DNA of 58,346 nucleotides, filler included, from Bipalium vagum (GCA_037834085.1; 3 parts of 3 records of this genome joined end to end with filler, not necessarily neighbours in it), one strand, 5' to 3'; counted from the whole stretch's first letter, positions 42,085 to 55,589 are shown. The notes: generated by a model from the sequence alone, not told the origin. Program-made: numbers and translations.

Positions 42085-42283
42085 TATCAGATTCGTATTG
42101 ATTATCAGAGATTGATTAGCAGATTCGCATTGATTATCAGATATTGATTAGCAGATTCGTATTGAGTATCAGAGATTGATTATCAGAATAGTATTGATTA
42201 TCAGAGATTGATTATCAGAATCGTATTGATTATCAGAATCGTATTGATTATCAGAATCGTATTGATTATCAGAATCGTATTGA
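42085..42283. repeat. Minisatellite of mixed 14- and 18-bp units running into the gap
   Basis: ATTGATTATCAGAG alternates with ATTGATTATCAGAATCGT and becomes pure 18-mers at the contig end. Confidence 0.9.
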
Positions 42284-42383
42284 NNNNNNNNNNNNNNNNN
42301 NNNNNNNNNNNNNNNNNNNNNNNNNNNTTAATTAATTAANNNNNNNNNNNNNNNNNNNNNNNNNNNNNNNNNNNNNNNNNNNN
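42284..42383. other. Assembly spacer N44-TTAATTAATTAA-N44
   Basis: Identical to the spacer at 19472. Confidence 0.97.
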
Positions 42384-42789
42384 TAAAAGTTTATACTAAT
42401 TAAGTAAAAAGTTATACTTTTAAAGTAAAAACTTATCCATTTAAAGTAAAAACCCTATACATTGATGCTATTTCATATGGAACATAACCATATTATTTAA
42501 AAATTATGTGTGAATATACAATAAAAATTTCAGTCAGATAATCGACGAGGAACAGTCCAAAAGTTTCGGGAATAAAAAATATGAAAATGTTTAGTAAAAA
42601 ATAAAAAAATAATCATAAAATACGGTATTTTAATACTATATTACTTTTATCTAATAATAAAAATCGCATTTGTTTAAATAAATATTTACGCTTAAATATG
42701 GCATACAAAGCGGATAACATAAATGTATCAATGGAAAAATTTCGAAATTTATAGGGATATTTGGGAACGACAAGTACTTCCGTCTGGTG

Positions 42790-43280
42790 AAAAATCCACA
42801 TGTTTTTATGCATAATAATGATCCGAAACATTGCGAAATTTGCAAAAGCTATTTAGTAGATCTTCAAAGTCAACAAATACTAGAAATAATGGAATGGCCA
42901 CCACAGTTACTAGATCTCAATCCGATCGAGTTGCTATGGGAGGGACTTGACAGAAATGTGCGAGTAGAGCACCCATCTTATTTAGAAAACCTTTGGCACA
43001 TATTGCGAGTAAAATGGAATGCAATACACCCCGAAACATTTCGTAAATTAATTACTCGTATGCCAAAGATCTGTGTCACTGTAATAAAGAAAAAACGAGA
43101 ATATTTTGACGAATCAAAAATTTAAATATATGTCGCTTGTCATTAAAAATTTGTAATAAAAATGTTTCATATTTATTAGTTTCTGTATAAACATATATTT
43201 AGCACAAATCATAATTGAAAAAGTTTATTTATTCAGCAGTTTAAATAAAAATAGTACCTGCTTCAAACTTTCTGTCAGTA
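42790..43280 (+). mobile_element. Tc1 3' remnant
   Basis: FMHNNDPKH...EWPPQLLDLNPIELLW...MPKICVTVI...YFDESKI. Confidence 0.85.
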
Positions 43281-43507
43281 GTTATTATATAAATATAATG
43301 TATAAATTAAATAAAAGATAAATAATTCATAAAATGAATATTAAAAACAGTTAAAGACTGTTTAAAAGTTGATCTCCAAATAGTAAAATATATAAATGTG
43401 AAGAAGTACAATAATAATGAATTAAAACAAATTGTAATTTTTTGATAATTTAGAAATGAAATTATAAAATTACTGTTAACCAAATAAGATTAATCACAAA
43501 AAAATAC

Positions 43508-43789
43508 TTGGTTGGCATCAAGACCCCAAAACTCAAGCTCCTCTTCAAACAGCGGACCACATACATCTGTCGGATAATGCAATTTACCCGTTCGATAATA
43601 ATTAAGAATCTGAGCAAAGACAGCTGGATGGCGATCAAAGAAAAACTCGTTTAGGATGGGATCATAATTCGCTAATGCTTTCGTCAGTCGAGAAAGACGA
43701 GTTGCAGGAATCTTTTTCAAAGTAGCTTTATACGTTTCGTGTCTAAATCCACCAATATTTAAAATCACTCTGTGATCTAAAATATTCAT
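43508..43789 (-). CDS. Shaw: Shaw/Kv3-family voltage-gated potassium channel, T1 (BTB) domain exon; later exons not seen before the gap
   Basis: [29 protein letters not shown]...[41 protein letters not shown] is the Shaw T1 signature. An AG acceptor lies directly before the ATG and a GT donor follows DANQ. Confidence 0.95.
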
Positions 43790-46700
43790 CTAAAAATAAT
43801 TTTATTAAAAATGATATTAAACAGCAATTTTTTTGCTTTATATAAATATTGTTACTGTTTCTATTATTATTAATAAATATGAAAATAGAATCATTTTATT
43901 CTGGGAAAAACGTTGAATTCTTTTGTTTCTCACCTTTTTCTAAAAACATTTTCTAACATTTATTGAAATTTTTATTTTATATTTCATAATAAATTTAAAA
44001 TGGAAATATTATTACTTTCATCTCAATTAATTACTTAATTATTTAATAAAATAAAATAATATTTTGGTGCCTTATTAAAATAATAAAATTAATTTCTAAT
44101 ATTTTAATTTTATTTTAATTATCATGTTTTTTAAAATCTTTATATTTATTTACATTTATTAGTATTTATTAGTATTATTATTATTTTTTATTTTTATTTT
44201 TATTTTTTATTAATATTTATCTTTATCTTCATTTTTATTATTATTTGTATTATCCTTATTGTTTTTATTATTATTAATTTTATTTCTTTATATTATATTA
44301 TTATTATTATGTTTCTAAGTTAGCCAAAAATCGAATTCATAGATAAGCTACTTCAAGTTATTGTTATTGTTATTTTCTCATCTATTTATGGTACGAAAAT
44401 CAATAAACCTCTTCCATTAAAATTTTACGAATTCCATACAAACTAGTTTTTTATAAAAATAATTTTGTTGGTATGTTGTTAAAGGTTGAATTGTAGAAAT
44501 AATTATTCCCAATCTAAATGCATGTGGCATTTTCTTTGGCAGAGTATACTTTTATACCTAAAGTATATATCTGTTTTATTTTAGGTGAAAAGAAATTGAA
44601 TAAAAAGAAATCCACAGATATTTAAAAAATAAATAATTATTTATTTTCTTGAAACAAAAATAATTAATTAGACATGACATGAATGATATTATCGGTTGTA
44701 ATTTAACTCATTTTAGAATATCTTTTACAAAATTATATGGAGAAATGAAATTAATTATAAATCTTGAACAATAAGAAAATTCAGTTTGGAGAAACACAAA
44801 AACAGCTGGTTGACAATTAGTTTTCATTATCTAAATCGAATTTTGAGCAAGGTAATTGTATATAAACAAAAGTGAAATGAAACAAAATTTGTTTCTCTCT
44901 TTCAATATCATAAATGGTTCATCTTAAAATGTGGTCAAAATGTAGGGGAATTTCAGTATTTTGATAATTATTTTTCTCTAATAAAGATAGGTGGAAATAA
45001 TAACAAATAAATATTGTAGTAGTTTTACATTTTTCCAAAATATTTTGAGAATTTTTCGTAATTTATTTATTAAATTTTAATTGATTTTCAATTAAAATAT
45101 TTTTTATTTAGTAATATAAAAAAAAATAAGTTAATAATTAGTCAATATAATTAATACATATCGTATTACAATTAATCTATGAGAAAATAAAATAAAAATG
45201 GATTTTCTCATAATTATAGTGTATATAAAGTAAGTATCAGATTTTAAAATAAATAATACCGTAAAATATATTTAATAAAAAACTGAAAATTTATGACAGT
45301 AATATTTATTTATTAAATTTAATGTTTTCACTAAAGAATGGCTATTAATGTTAATGCACTAATTTAAGCGATAATAAAACTCATTCATAACATGTTGACA
45401 CATTTCTGGCGATATTCTAGTTGCCTCCATTTGAAAAATATCTTTTATGTCAGAGATATCTTTTGGTTTTCTTTAATATACCTCTCTTTAGGTGTCCCTA
45501 AAGTAAAGAAATCAAACTTGATATATTTTGCATATTCTTCCATTTCAAGTGCCCTATCGTCTGACATTTGTGACTGATTCTATCTTAGCTATCAGGAAAA
45601 ACAAATTGAACTCTTTCTTCAATGGAGGACATTATTTAAATTTGAATTTACTAAAATTAAATTTGGTATCAGCGATTTATTAAAACAATTAAGCATTTAA
45701 ATTAAATTTCGATAATTCTTTTTCTTTAAAAAGTAAAACATTTTTAATTAAGATATTTGTATATTAGAGAGCTTCAAACTCTAATGTTTAATTTTGCAAA
45801 CCCTATCTTATAATTTAACAATTTTAGCATTTTAAACTTAAAATTTATTTCATTAATCTAAATCTTTTCTTCTTATTTAATTATATTTATTATGCTATCA
45901 GGTAAAGAATACTTCAAGTACTTCAGAAATTAGGCGTAATTTAGATAAAAAAAATAATAACAACATTAAAATTTAATTCGACTTTCAACGAAAGATTCTT
46001 GAAACCGAAAAAAAATAATAATTCAGAATGCCAAATTAAATTAATCTTCTATAAGTAAATGCTTCACGTATTGATAAAACACATCACTTTATTGAAAGCT
46101 GCTGTTTGCAGAAGAATAAAAAAAAGATTTTTTATCAATTTGTGACAAAAGTTTTGATTTTCATAAAATAGTGGATACTTGAAATTAGATACATGTATCC
46201 CTAAAAACAAAATAACTCGGTTTAATTACCTAATTTAATATAATAATTTAGGTTTTAATATAAAAATAATTATAATGCACTTACAACATTCTCCTTCACA
46301 GTTATTTTTCTGTCATTTTTTCTAGCAATCGAAATAGGTAAAATTTTGAAGGAACTATTTTTTACCTATATAGTGAAAATGATGAAAATTGCGTATGGAG
46401 AGTTGCTTGGAGGGTACACTGAGTACAGAGTTATTTTCCATTATAGGTCTGATAGTGTTTGTTTGACAAATGAAGAAAGATGTCTTGCATTGTCATACAA
46501 AGAATGACTTTCGTCGATTACTGGCTATTGCAGTCTTTTTTAGTCAATCCATCATTTAATCTTTTTAGTTGATAATGATATAGTTCCGCCATAGCTATTT
46601 CCTCCGATTTCAAAAATTCATGGTACTACTCGACATCTTTCATATCATACTAAATATAAAGCATAACTTTCTTATCATAATTATTGCCTTTCATGGTAAA

Positions 46701-47008
46701 CGTTGATGGCTGAATCAAGCCATAATTTCTTTCGTTTAGAGTTTTGGAGAAAACAATTCGCCATAAATACCTTTTTTCTGACAAGTAAAGATGCGGTTAT
46801 ACTTAATAGATTACAGATAGCACTTTCACTCAAATTAAGAGGAGCCCATGTTTCTTTTTGAATTTTTCCGTACATGTAGCCGTCTATGTGTCTAGTGCCA
46901 TAGTTAAAAGTGTTTATTTAAACAAATAGCAGTTCTAAACCTATATAAACTTACATTTCTTTATTCAGATATTTAACATAATTTTTTATTTTGATTTTAT
47001 TACAAATA

Positions 47009-48302
47009 CAGGGTGTTCCATAAGTCCCCGCGGAAAGTAAATGAAAAAATATTTCTTAAGCTGGATGAGATATTTAATCACTTTCTTAAAGACAACTCTT
47101 TTAATTTTTATTTCATATAAAAATATTTACAACAATTGTTCGAAATGACTACCATTAATTGATATAAATAAATTCATCCTTTTTACAATTTTTAAAAAAT
47201 ACGCTATTCAAAGTTTCTGTGATAACACTTTATTTCTTTGGTAATTTTTGTTTTTAAATCGTCAATATATTTTATTTCAGATATGTATATCCTATTCTTT
47301 AAATGGCCCCATAAATAGAAGTCAAGAGAAGTTGAATCTGGTGAACGTAGAGCCCATCGAATTGAGCCACCTCTTCCAATCCATCTGTTCAGATAATGAG
47401 CGTCAATATACCGTCGTATATTCGTTAAAAAATGCACAGGAACTTCATCTTTCTGAAATACCAGAGATCGTACTTTGTACATTTTCATCACTTCAAATAT
47501 AAAATAGTCTTGAAGCATTGATAGATAATTTTGGCCATTAACAGTCTCATCTTCAAAGATATACAAACCGATACAAAGCACATCAAAATTTACCTTCTGG
47601 GATTTTCTAGCAGTTTCAAAAGTAACATGTGCATTACTTTCTCACCAATATCTGACGTTATGTTTATTTACTAATCCTTTTAGGTAAAACGTTGCTTTAT
47701 CTGAAAAGAAAATATTTTCTTGAATATTCACATTTTCTAACATTGGGACCAGGGTTTTGCACATCTCAACTCTGTCTTTCAAATCCTCTTAATGTAATTC
47801 CTGCGTGAAATGGACCTTAAATTGTTTCAATGATAACTGTTCTCTCAAAATTCGATGGGTTGCTGTTCACGAAATAGAGCAGGTGGTTGCAACAGACCGA
47901 ACACTGCATTGTGGGTCACTTTCAATAACTTCAATCATTTTCTCAACCTCATTTTCAGTGATCAGCCTTGGTCCTTCAGAACGTTCATGATCTTCCACCG
48001 AGCCAATCTCACAAAAACGATGAAAATTCTCTCTTATAGCTCTTTCACTTGGCTAAGTTTTCCCAAATTCGGCATGTAATTTCCGCTCAACACAAATTGA
48101 GTTGAATTTGTCCATTAAAAGTACAATTTTAATTCTTAACTTCAAATCAAGTGGCATTTGCTAAATCTAATTATAAAAGATTAAAACAAAACTTAGACTT
48201 ACATAACCTTACCTTAATATTATATAAATAGAAATTTCAATCGATTGAATTTAATGAAAGATATTTAAGTTTACTTTCTACGGGGACTTATTGGAAACCC
48301 TG
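47009..48302 (-). mobile_element. Full-length degenerate DD41D (rosa/Visitor) Tc1-mariner element
   Basis: TIRs CAGGGTGTTCCATAAGTCCCCG..GAAAGTAAA and TTTACTTTCTACGGGGACTTATTGGAAACCCTG with TA duplication. IFFSD, then FQKD-(41 aa)-LDF including RWIGRGG and RSPD. Confidence 0.9.
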
Positions 48303-51300
48303 TATAACTAACATTTTTGCTTATTTTAATTTTATACATGAATTAATGTATATTCATAATTGTCACACTGTATTTGATTAGTATTTTTTTCATATAAGAA
48401 GTGTCGAAGGATATTCAAAGGCTGTATAATAATTCCCTCATCCATATTATTTTCACTGTTTTCAATCAAAGCAAAATTCTTAATGTATTTTTTTCATGTT
48501 TTATCATTTGAAAAATCGAATGGTAAGGAATAACCATATTCTACATTTCTAAGATTTCTGTTTAGGCATTTTTTGCTTTATTTGATATTTGAAACATGAA
48601 TATGAATTAAACATATATTTAATGTCAAAAAAAGAAGACTTGAAAGTAAAATTTATAATTAATTTATGATTAGGTGTCATAAAAAATTTTAAAATTATTC
48701 CATCTGTTGGATTAGATTTGGTAAGAGAATCAATAGTTTTATTTGATTTTTTAGTTTTACTTTTTATTACAAGCCTGGTTAAAGAAAATACTCTAATGTA
48801 AATATTATTAAATATTCTTTTTTTAATTAGATGTCAGACACCAAGAGCCTTTAGTAAATGAACATTTATTATTTTTTCATTATAACTCTAAAGGTTAAAT
48901 TTTAATTAATATTAAAATATTAAATATAATTAATATAATATAATATAATTAATATTAAAAAATAAAAAATATTTTATCAATACTTTTTAAAGAAATTTTA
49001 AAGTAATGTATTAAAATTTAATATTAAATGTAAAATTAATTTGTTAATGAATTTTTAGTTTTCTTTTAAAAAGTAAATAATTAAATTAATGTTAATAAAA
49101 ATTTAGATAATTAATTAATTTAAATAAATAATAATAATAATAAAACACTTCTTCAACTATTCAGTAATTTTGATCGAATAAACATTTTCCTTAATCATGA
49201 CTTAATGAATTCCGAAAGTGTTGATAGCGTACCAGTAACTCAGAATAACGATAGCGAATAAAAATAGAACTACTTTTTATGGTAAACAAAAAACTGTTAT
49301 TACATGTATAATGAAAGGTAGAGCATTTAAAATAATAAAATATGAAAAATTATTAATGGTTATTTATTTTCCAGTATTGATTGTGTTTCTTTGAAGATAT
49401 GAAGAAGAACATTGAAAGAACGAGAGTAAGGTATACCATGTGAATCTCTAAGAGTGTTATAAAACCAATTAGTATTACTAATGATTTTTTATCGTCATTA
49501 TAATTACATGATTATTCTGATAATTACTATTATCTTATATTTCTTTGATGTTTAAAGAAATAGCAAAATCCATTTTAAAGGCTTAAAAATAAAGATATTT
49601 AATTAAAATATAATTTATTTATAAATAAAAATCAAATATATTTCAAGCCTTCATTTGTTAAAATAAAATATCAACGTAAATAATGATTTACAAATTATGT
49701 CAATATAATCTGTTTAAAGTGATTAAAAATAATTATTAATTAACGATTTAGTTTATTTCAATTAAAGTTTAATGAAAAGTTGAAAGTAGTAAAATAGGAT
49801 AATTTAAATATCACTTAAAATGACATTATCCAGTCTATGTAGGCCCTCTTGTATATGTTTATTTAAATTAATCGATCTATTTATCATTTTCCATTAAGAT
49901 TATTTATTGATTTTTGCTTTTATTTGTTATTCTGTATTTATAAAAAAATGAAAATAAAATAATTTTTTAGAATTAATTATATTTTTCTATTATCAGAATA
50001 AATTCAGGATATAAATATAAACACGAAACATTAAAATTTTTCCCAGCAAAATATAGAAGATGAAGTAAAATTTTTAAAACAATATTATTTTTTTTCTCTA
50101 ATCCAAATGTATATTTATTTTTATAAATATAAATTTTTAATATAGCTTTCAATTAAAAAATACAGAATTTTCATTATGTATAATTGTGTTTTTAAAAATT
50201 AAAATATTATTTTTAAATATTTATTAATTTTTAAAATAAAAATAAAAAATCTGATTGGAAAAGTAAAGTGAGATTTAATAATTTAATTATTTTTTTAAAA
50301 AATTAATAATTTTAAAAATATCAATTCTAATATTTACATTTTTTCATTTTAAAATAAGATTAATGCTATTTTGTCCTGGTACAAATAAATGAAAAAATTA
50401 TAAACTCACCAATGATGATAGTGATATTTTGGTTTTTCCAGGAGAGAATATCAGGAGAATATAAGAGTAATTTCAAAGACAAATGAGACGCAATGCAAAA
50501 TATCCTTTGTTAATTTGGGATGATTGAATGGTCTGAGAATTACGGGATCTGTCCTTCCAAAAATACCGAAGCCATGTCTAAAGATAAATAATATTTGAGG
50601 AAAATGCTTATCATAGATATTCTTTTTACACGTTTTGTAAGCTGAAGGTGATTGATTAGGATTCCTTACAAGTTCTACAGAAATAACCAACCAAATTCGA
50701 CATTCAACTCAGAAAGTGTTTCTCTCAATTTTATTTTTTGTTCAACTTTAAAATATTAATATATATTTGTATATTTATTATTAACTGGGAAATTAAATTT
50801 TGTTCATTGAAAAAATATTATATATTTTTTTAATATTATTTATTTATTATTAATAATAAAGAAAAATCTGTCTTTTAAAATTGCATAAATTTATTTTAAA
50901 TCTAATTAATATAAAATAATAAATTCGATTACAATGATTATTTATTTCCATTACCGATAATAAATAATTAATTAACGTTTTACAATTATCTGAGATAATA
51001 TCAATAAATTATAGTAATTAATGAAATTTTAAATTATTAAACCTTTTGATTACTTTTCCAGAAATTATATATTGTATATAGAATAAGTTGAAAGATCATT
51101 TACAAATGTTTGATAATATTTATGATATTTAATCATTAAATTTCCAACGGAAATTGAAGGGATAATATAAGCGTTTCATTTCGATGTCAGGAAATTTCTT
51201 TTGTCATAGACATTAAAGAGAGAAAAAAATATATTTGTTTGTTTGTTTTTATTTCAAAATATCACTTGTAATTAAAAAATTATTAATGACTTATGGAACA

Positions 51301-54024
51301 GTGACATTATGAATCTTTTATAATTATATTATACAAAATTATTTTGCAAGATATCTGACATTCTCTTAAAACAAATCATAATAATAATGAACTGGATATT
51401 GATCGAAAAATAAAATAATATTAAGTAAATAAATATAAATTGATATAAATAAATAAATATAAATTAAGAGTATAAATAAATAATTTAAATATAAACAAAA
51501 TAAAAATGAATATTAATATAAATAAATAAATATTAATATAAATAAATAATGTAAATATAAACTAAATATTTAAGGGTTTTTTGGGGAATATTTATATGAA
51601 CACTTTAAAGAAACCAATACCTTTTTTCAATCAATTTCTTGTTTCTGTTCAAAAAACCAACTAGAATGATTTATTGAGTCTTAAAAGTGAATGGATGATT
51701 ATTGAAAAGGGAATATGGTCTGTTCAGTTCAATTATTTTTTACTTCGAACTTCGGTATTGGAAATGCAAAATTAAATTTATAATCGACTTAGGCTGTATG
51801 GAACTTTTAAAAATTTAGGTTTTAACATATCTTTGGATCTCATGACACATTATGATATTGGTTTACTGCATATCTTGATGGGTACTATTAATACAAATAA
51901 GTTATAAATTGATAAGAAAAAACCAAATTAACAGGATTTTTAAAAAATAAAAGATTGTAGATTCTATGGAGCGAAGGCTTTCCACAATATTATATGCAGC
52001 TGGAGGATATACATAATATTAACAATATATTGTTTCCTGTATATAAATATAATATACATATATAATAATATAAATGTTGTAATTTTTTTACTGGACAATT
52101 GAATGTATCAGACTGTATATGTCAGCAGCCTCAATAAAAAACACACAAGAAAATTTATTGAAATTCTCACGAACACTACGATGAATCAAATGGTTTGGTA
52201 GAAGGTTAGAGGTTGTTAAAAAAGCTAAGAGTTTAAAAATTGTCGAATATCTAAAAGTTTCGTGCCAACACAGAACTTAAATATGGTAATTTGATAATTA
52301 TATATATATGAAATCTTGAGACACTAAGATCACTAATTTTCTTCACATTAAAAACCTTAGGCTTAGTTAGATATTCAGTTAGATATATACGATTGTACGT
52401 AGTGCGATCCAAAACCACGTGGATTACGTAAGAAAAAGATGGAATCTTGAAAACCATGTAGTATACTTTTTTCTAAACAATTTTCTACTTCCAAATTACA
52501 TGATTATCTAACCGGTTTTAAAATATTTCAGACTGTAAGTCTGAAAACCGATCTGGTCGTCGCCTTTGAAAATTTTGGGCGAATTTCCCTCCAATATGCA
52601 ATTAAGCTTTCTTTATCAAAACATTCTGTTCATAGGTGCCAAACATTTACTTTATTTTCAAAATCCCCCCCTGTTTTGCGGGACAGCACCTTTCATCACC
52701 GCAAATATTGTTTGATGTTTACCATCCTAAATCTGTCTGTTTTTTCTAACTGTTGTTTTCAATCTATAGTTTTCTTGTTCCAATATGTTAAAACTGGTAT
52801 GTTTTCATTTTCTTTGTCAATAGTGAATTTTATATTATAATTTTATTTTCTAAACTATTAATAAATTAAAAACCCAATGTTGACCATAAAGGTGATTTCA
52901 TAGAACCTCCCTCAGCTTGCATGTACCATTCACTGTTGAATAAAAATCAAATGCTTTTGTATTACAATAATAAATTTGTCCATAATGTTTTTATCAACTC
53001 TATCTTTTCAAAGAGAAGCTTATAAATATTTGAATTAAATTTTTATTAACATAAATTTGTTTCAGCGATGACTGTTCCCAAAAAGAAACTCCACACGATT
53101 TTAAAGAAAAGCAAAAGTGGTCGTAAACTTGTGAGTCATTGGGGAAAATGCGTAAAGTAATGGTTTCTATTTTGATAGATGAAATTTTGTTTAAGCTGTA
53201 ATTTGTTCATTTGAAGTTCTATGTTGAAAACCGCCATTTATTTCTTCACAATCTAATAAATAATTACCACAAACACCAAATGACACCATGTAAGCTTTCT
53301 CAGACTTTTCCTTATATTTATAAAATTGCAAAATTCGGAACTATAATTTAAATAAACTTAATTTTCTTTGTAATTCAGCATATTACTGTATGTATATATT
53401 ACATTCCTTACAAATAACTTTATTGAGAACTGATCTTCTTCTGGTTAATTTAATTATTGTCTACTACTTTTCATAATCCGTGAAAATGAATTTGAAGAAA
53501 TTTCATTAAAAAATTTCAAAGTAATTTTTGAATTAAAAATTATTGTTTCTTCGAATTTCGAAAATTCAGCTTTTTATTTTTAGTATTTTTTGACTGATTA
53601 ATTTTTTTTTAAAAATTTTATGTAATAATTTACGGAAGGCTTACATAGAGATTTTGATAAAAAAAATTATTAATAAAATAAATAAAGTTATTTCAATAAA
53701 AATCGATTTGGTGTAACATTATTTTTATTTTTAGCTTTTTACTTTTAAGGTTTTTGTACAATATTTACTTATATATTTCTTGATGATGATTGTGAACTAA
53801 TACTTAACTAAATATTATTATCTAATTTAATATTATAAGGTTAAAAGGTTAATTAAAAAGTGACCTTACAAAAAATATTATTGTTTAAATAATTAAATTT
53901 TATAATAATTAAAAAACTATTATTATTAAGGTACAATTTTTAAAGCCTTAAATTGAAAAAAAGTACTTTTATACATTTGAATATCTTATTTAGTATAAAA
54001 TAACTATGTTAGTTGAAAATTAGT

Positions 54025-54096
54025 CGGAGATACCGGGATTCAAACCCGGGACCTTTACATGCGCATGCACTGCTCTGACCACTGAGCTACATCCCC
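54025..54096 (-). tRNA. tRNA-Ala-like unit inside the 3' LTR (pseudo)
   Basis: Acceptor GGGGATG/TATCTCC with G3:U70, A-box TAGCTCAGTGG, mutated B-box GGTTTGAATCC, aberrant anticodon arm. Confidence 0.75.
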
Positions 54097-54269
54097 CGAC
54101 TAATTTTCAATTTATCTCACATCCCCCTCCTTTGAAACTCACATCCATACCCTTAACCGCCCCGAGTCTCTTTACTTCTATTTCCATTCAATTCCTTTAC
54201 ATTTTTACTTTCGAGACCTCGTCCTCTGGTTGGTGTCCTGGTGTGGTCGCCATGTTAGTGAAAATTAAT

Positions 54270-54341
54270 CGGAGATACCGGGATTCGAACCCGGGACCTT
54301 TACATGCGCATGCACTGCTCTGACCGCTGAGCTACATCCCC
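54270..54341 (-). tRNA. tRNA-Ala-like unit inside the 5' LTR (Pol III promoter intact)
   Basis: Same acceptor stem, A-box TAGCTCAGCGG, B-box GGTTCGAATCC, aberrant anticodon arm. Confidence 0.75.
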
Positions 54342-55589
54342 CGACTAATTTTCAATTTATCTCACAAACTACACAAACTGAAAATTATATAATTTATTGG
54401 AATCATTTAAATAAGTATAAATATAACAAATAAATCTTCCATTATTTCTTAGAAATTGAAATTACTAAATATTTTGCCATTTAATAATGTTAAGAAAAAA
54501 ATATATTCCAAAAGATTATATTACTGAAAAAGTAATTATTTATTAGGTTGGAAAAAAATGTGTGATTTTATTATTTTTTTTACGGTATTATATTTATTTA
54601 ATAGCAAATGTGTCGAAATGTCTTGTAAATGAAACATATTTTTCTGCTCTACATTAGCATTTTTTTCATTTTTATTTCAGCTCAAATAAAAGATGATATT
54701 ACATTTATATAACATAAATTAATTTACCTAATGATAGAAAAATTATTATATTTCAAATTGATATATAAATCGATATATTCCAATTGTGAATCAACTAAAA
54801 AATTACTTTGAACTACTTAAACAAAAAACGAAGTTTATTTTATTTTCATCTAAACATGGAATTTAATCATCATAAATACATTTATACATTACTAATTTTG
54901 CTTATTCCAAGGTATAAAATCCAACAAATACATTTATCAAATACTTTGTAGTTAAGTGTATTATCAATAGTTATATAATTTTAAAAATATTATTGAAAAT
55001 CACAAAGACTACCTAACCTACTACAACCTAAGATAAAAAAAATTTTTAAAATGTTAGTAAAATAAATTTAAAAATTAAATATTTTCTTCTTAATACACTC
55101 GAAACTCTTGGTTATGGCTTTTTTATTATAATAATTATTAATTAATTTAAGCAATTCAATTAATTTAAAAATGTGATTTATTAATTAATTTTAAATTTTA
55201 AAAAACTGAACCACATATTTTTTGAAATATATCATTTTTCTGATACATAATTTATAATTTACCAAAATTAAGTAAAAATTTTCAGATAAATTTAAAAATA
55301 TATTGTTTTAAGTCTATATTTATAAATGAAACGTGATACTCCAGAAATCGAAATCACAAAATGATTCTTCTTTTTAGATAATGAACAGAAAATTAAAAAT
55401 TATTTTAAATCTTAAATTCCTATCTTGGGGGAGCAGGAATAATTAACAAAACAGATAATTAATTTTTTACCTTCATGAATTCTGTAAAATAGTAAAAAAT
55501 ATTTAAATAATAATTAATATTTTTTTGAAAAGTAAATTTTTGTGATGAGAATAAAAATAATTGATTGATGATTGATTAAATATTTTAGT

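Larger units (their letters stand above)
54007..54366 (-). mobile_element. TRIM (miniature non-autonomous LTR retrotransposon) with tRNA-containing LTRs
   Basis: LTRs 54253-54366 and 54007-54121, both TGT...ACA, differing by 3 substitutions and 1 indel. PBS TGGCGACCACACCAGGAC (54252-54235), PPT AAAGGAGGGGGA (54133-54122), and TSD AACTA at 54002-54006 and 54367-54371. Confidence 0.93.

Noticed and set aside
42085-42283. CRISPR-like array
   Set aside because: No unique spacers and a eukaryotic context; it is a tandem repeat.
45400-45600. Upstream coding exon of Shaw (MSDDRALEMEEYAK)
   Set aside because: Its donor phase does not match the phase-0 acceptor at 43790; it may be UTR or noise. The same applies to the exon-like segment at 50410-50700.
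54025-54341. Simple tandem pair of functional tRNA-Ala genes
   Set aside because: The anticodon arm is non-canonical, and the TG..CA ends, PBS, PPT and TSD are better explained by an LTR element.
54543-55020. Mariner-derived MITE from TAGGTT...TGTGATTTT ends
   Set aside because: The TIR match is too degenerate to call with confidence.
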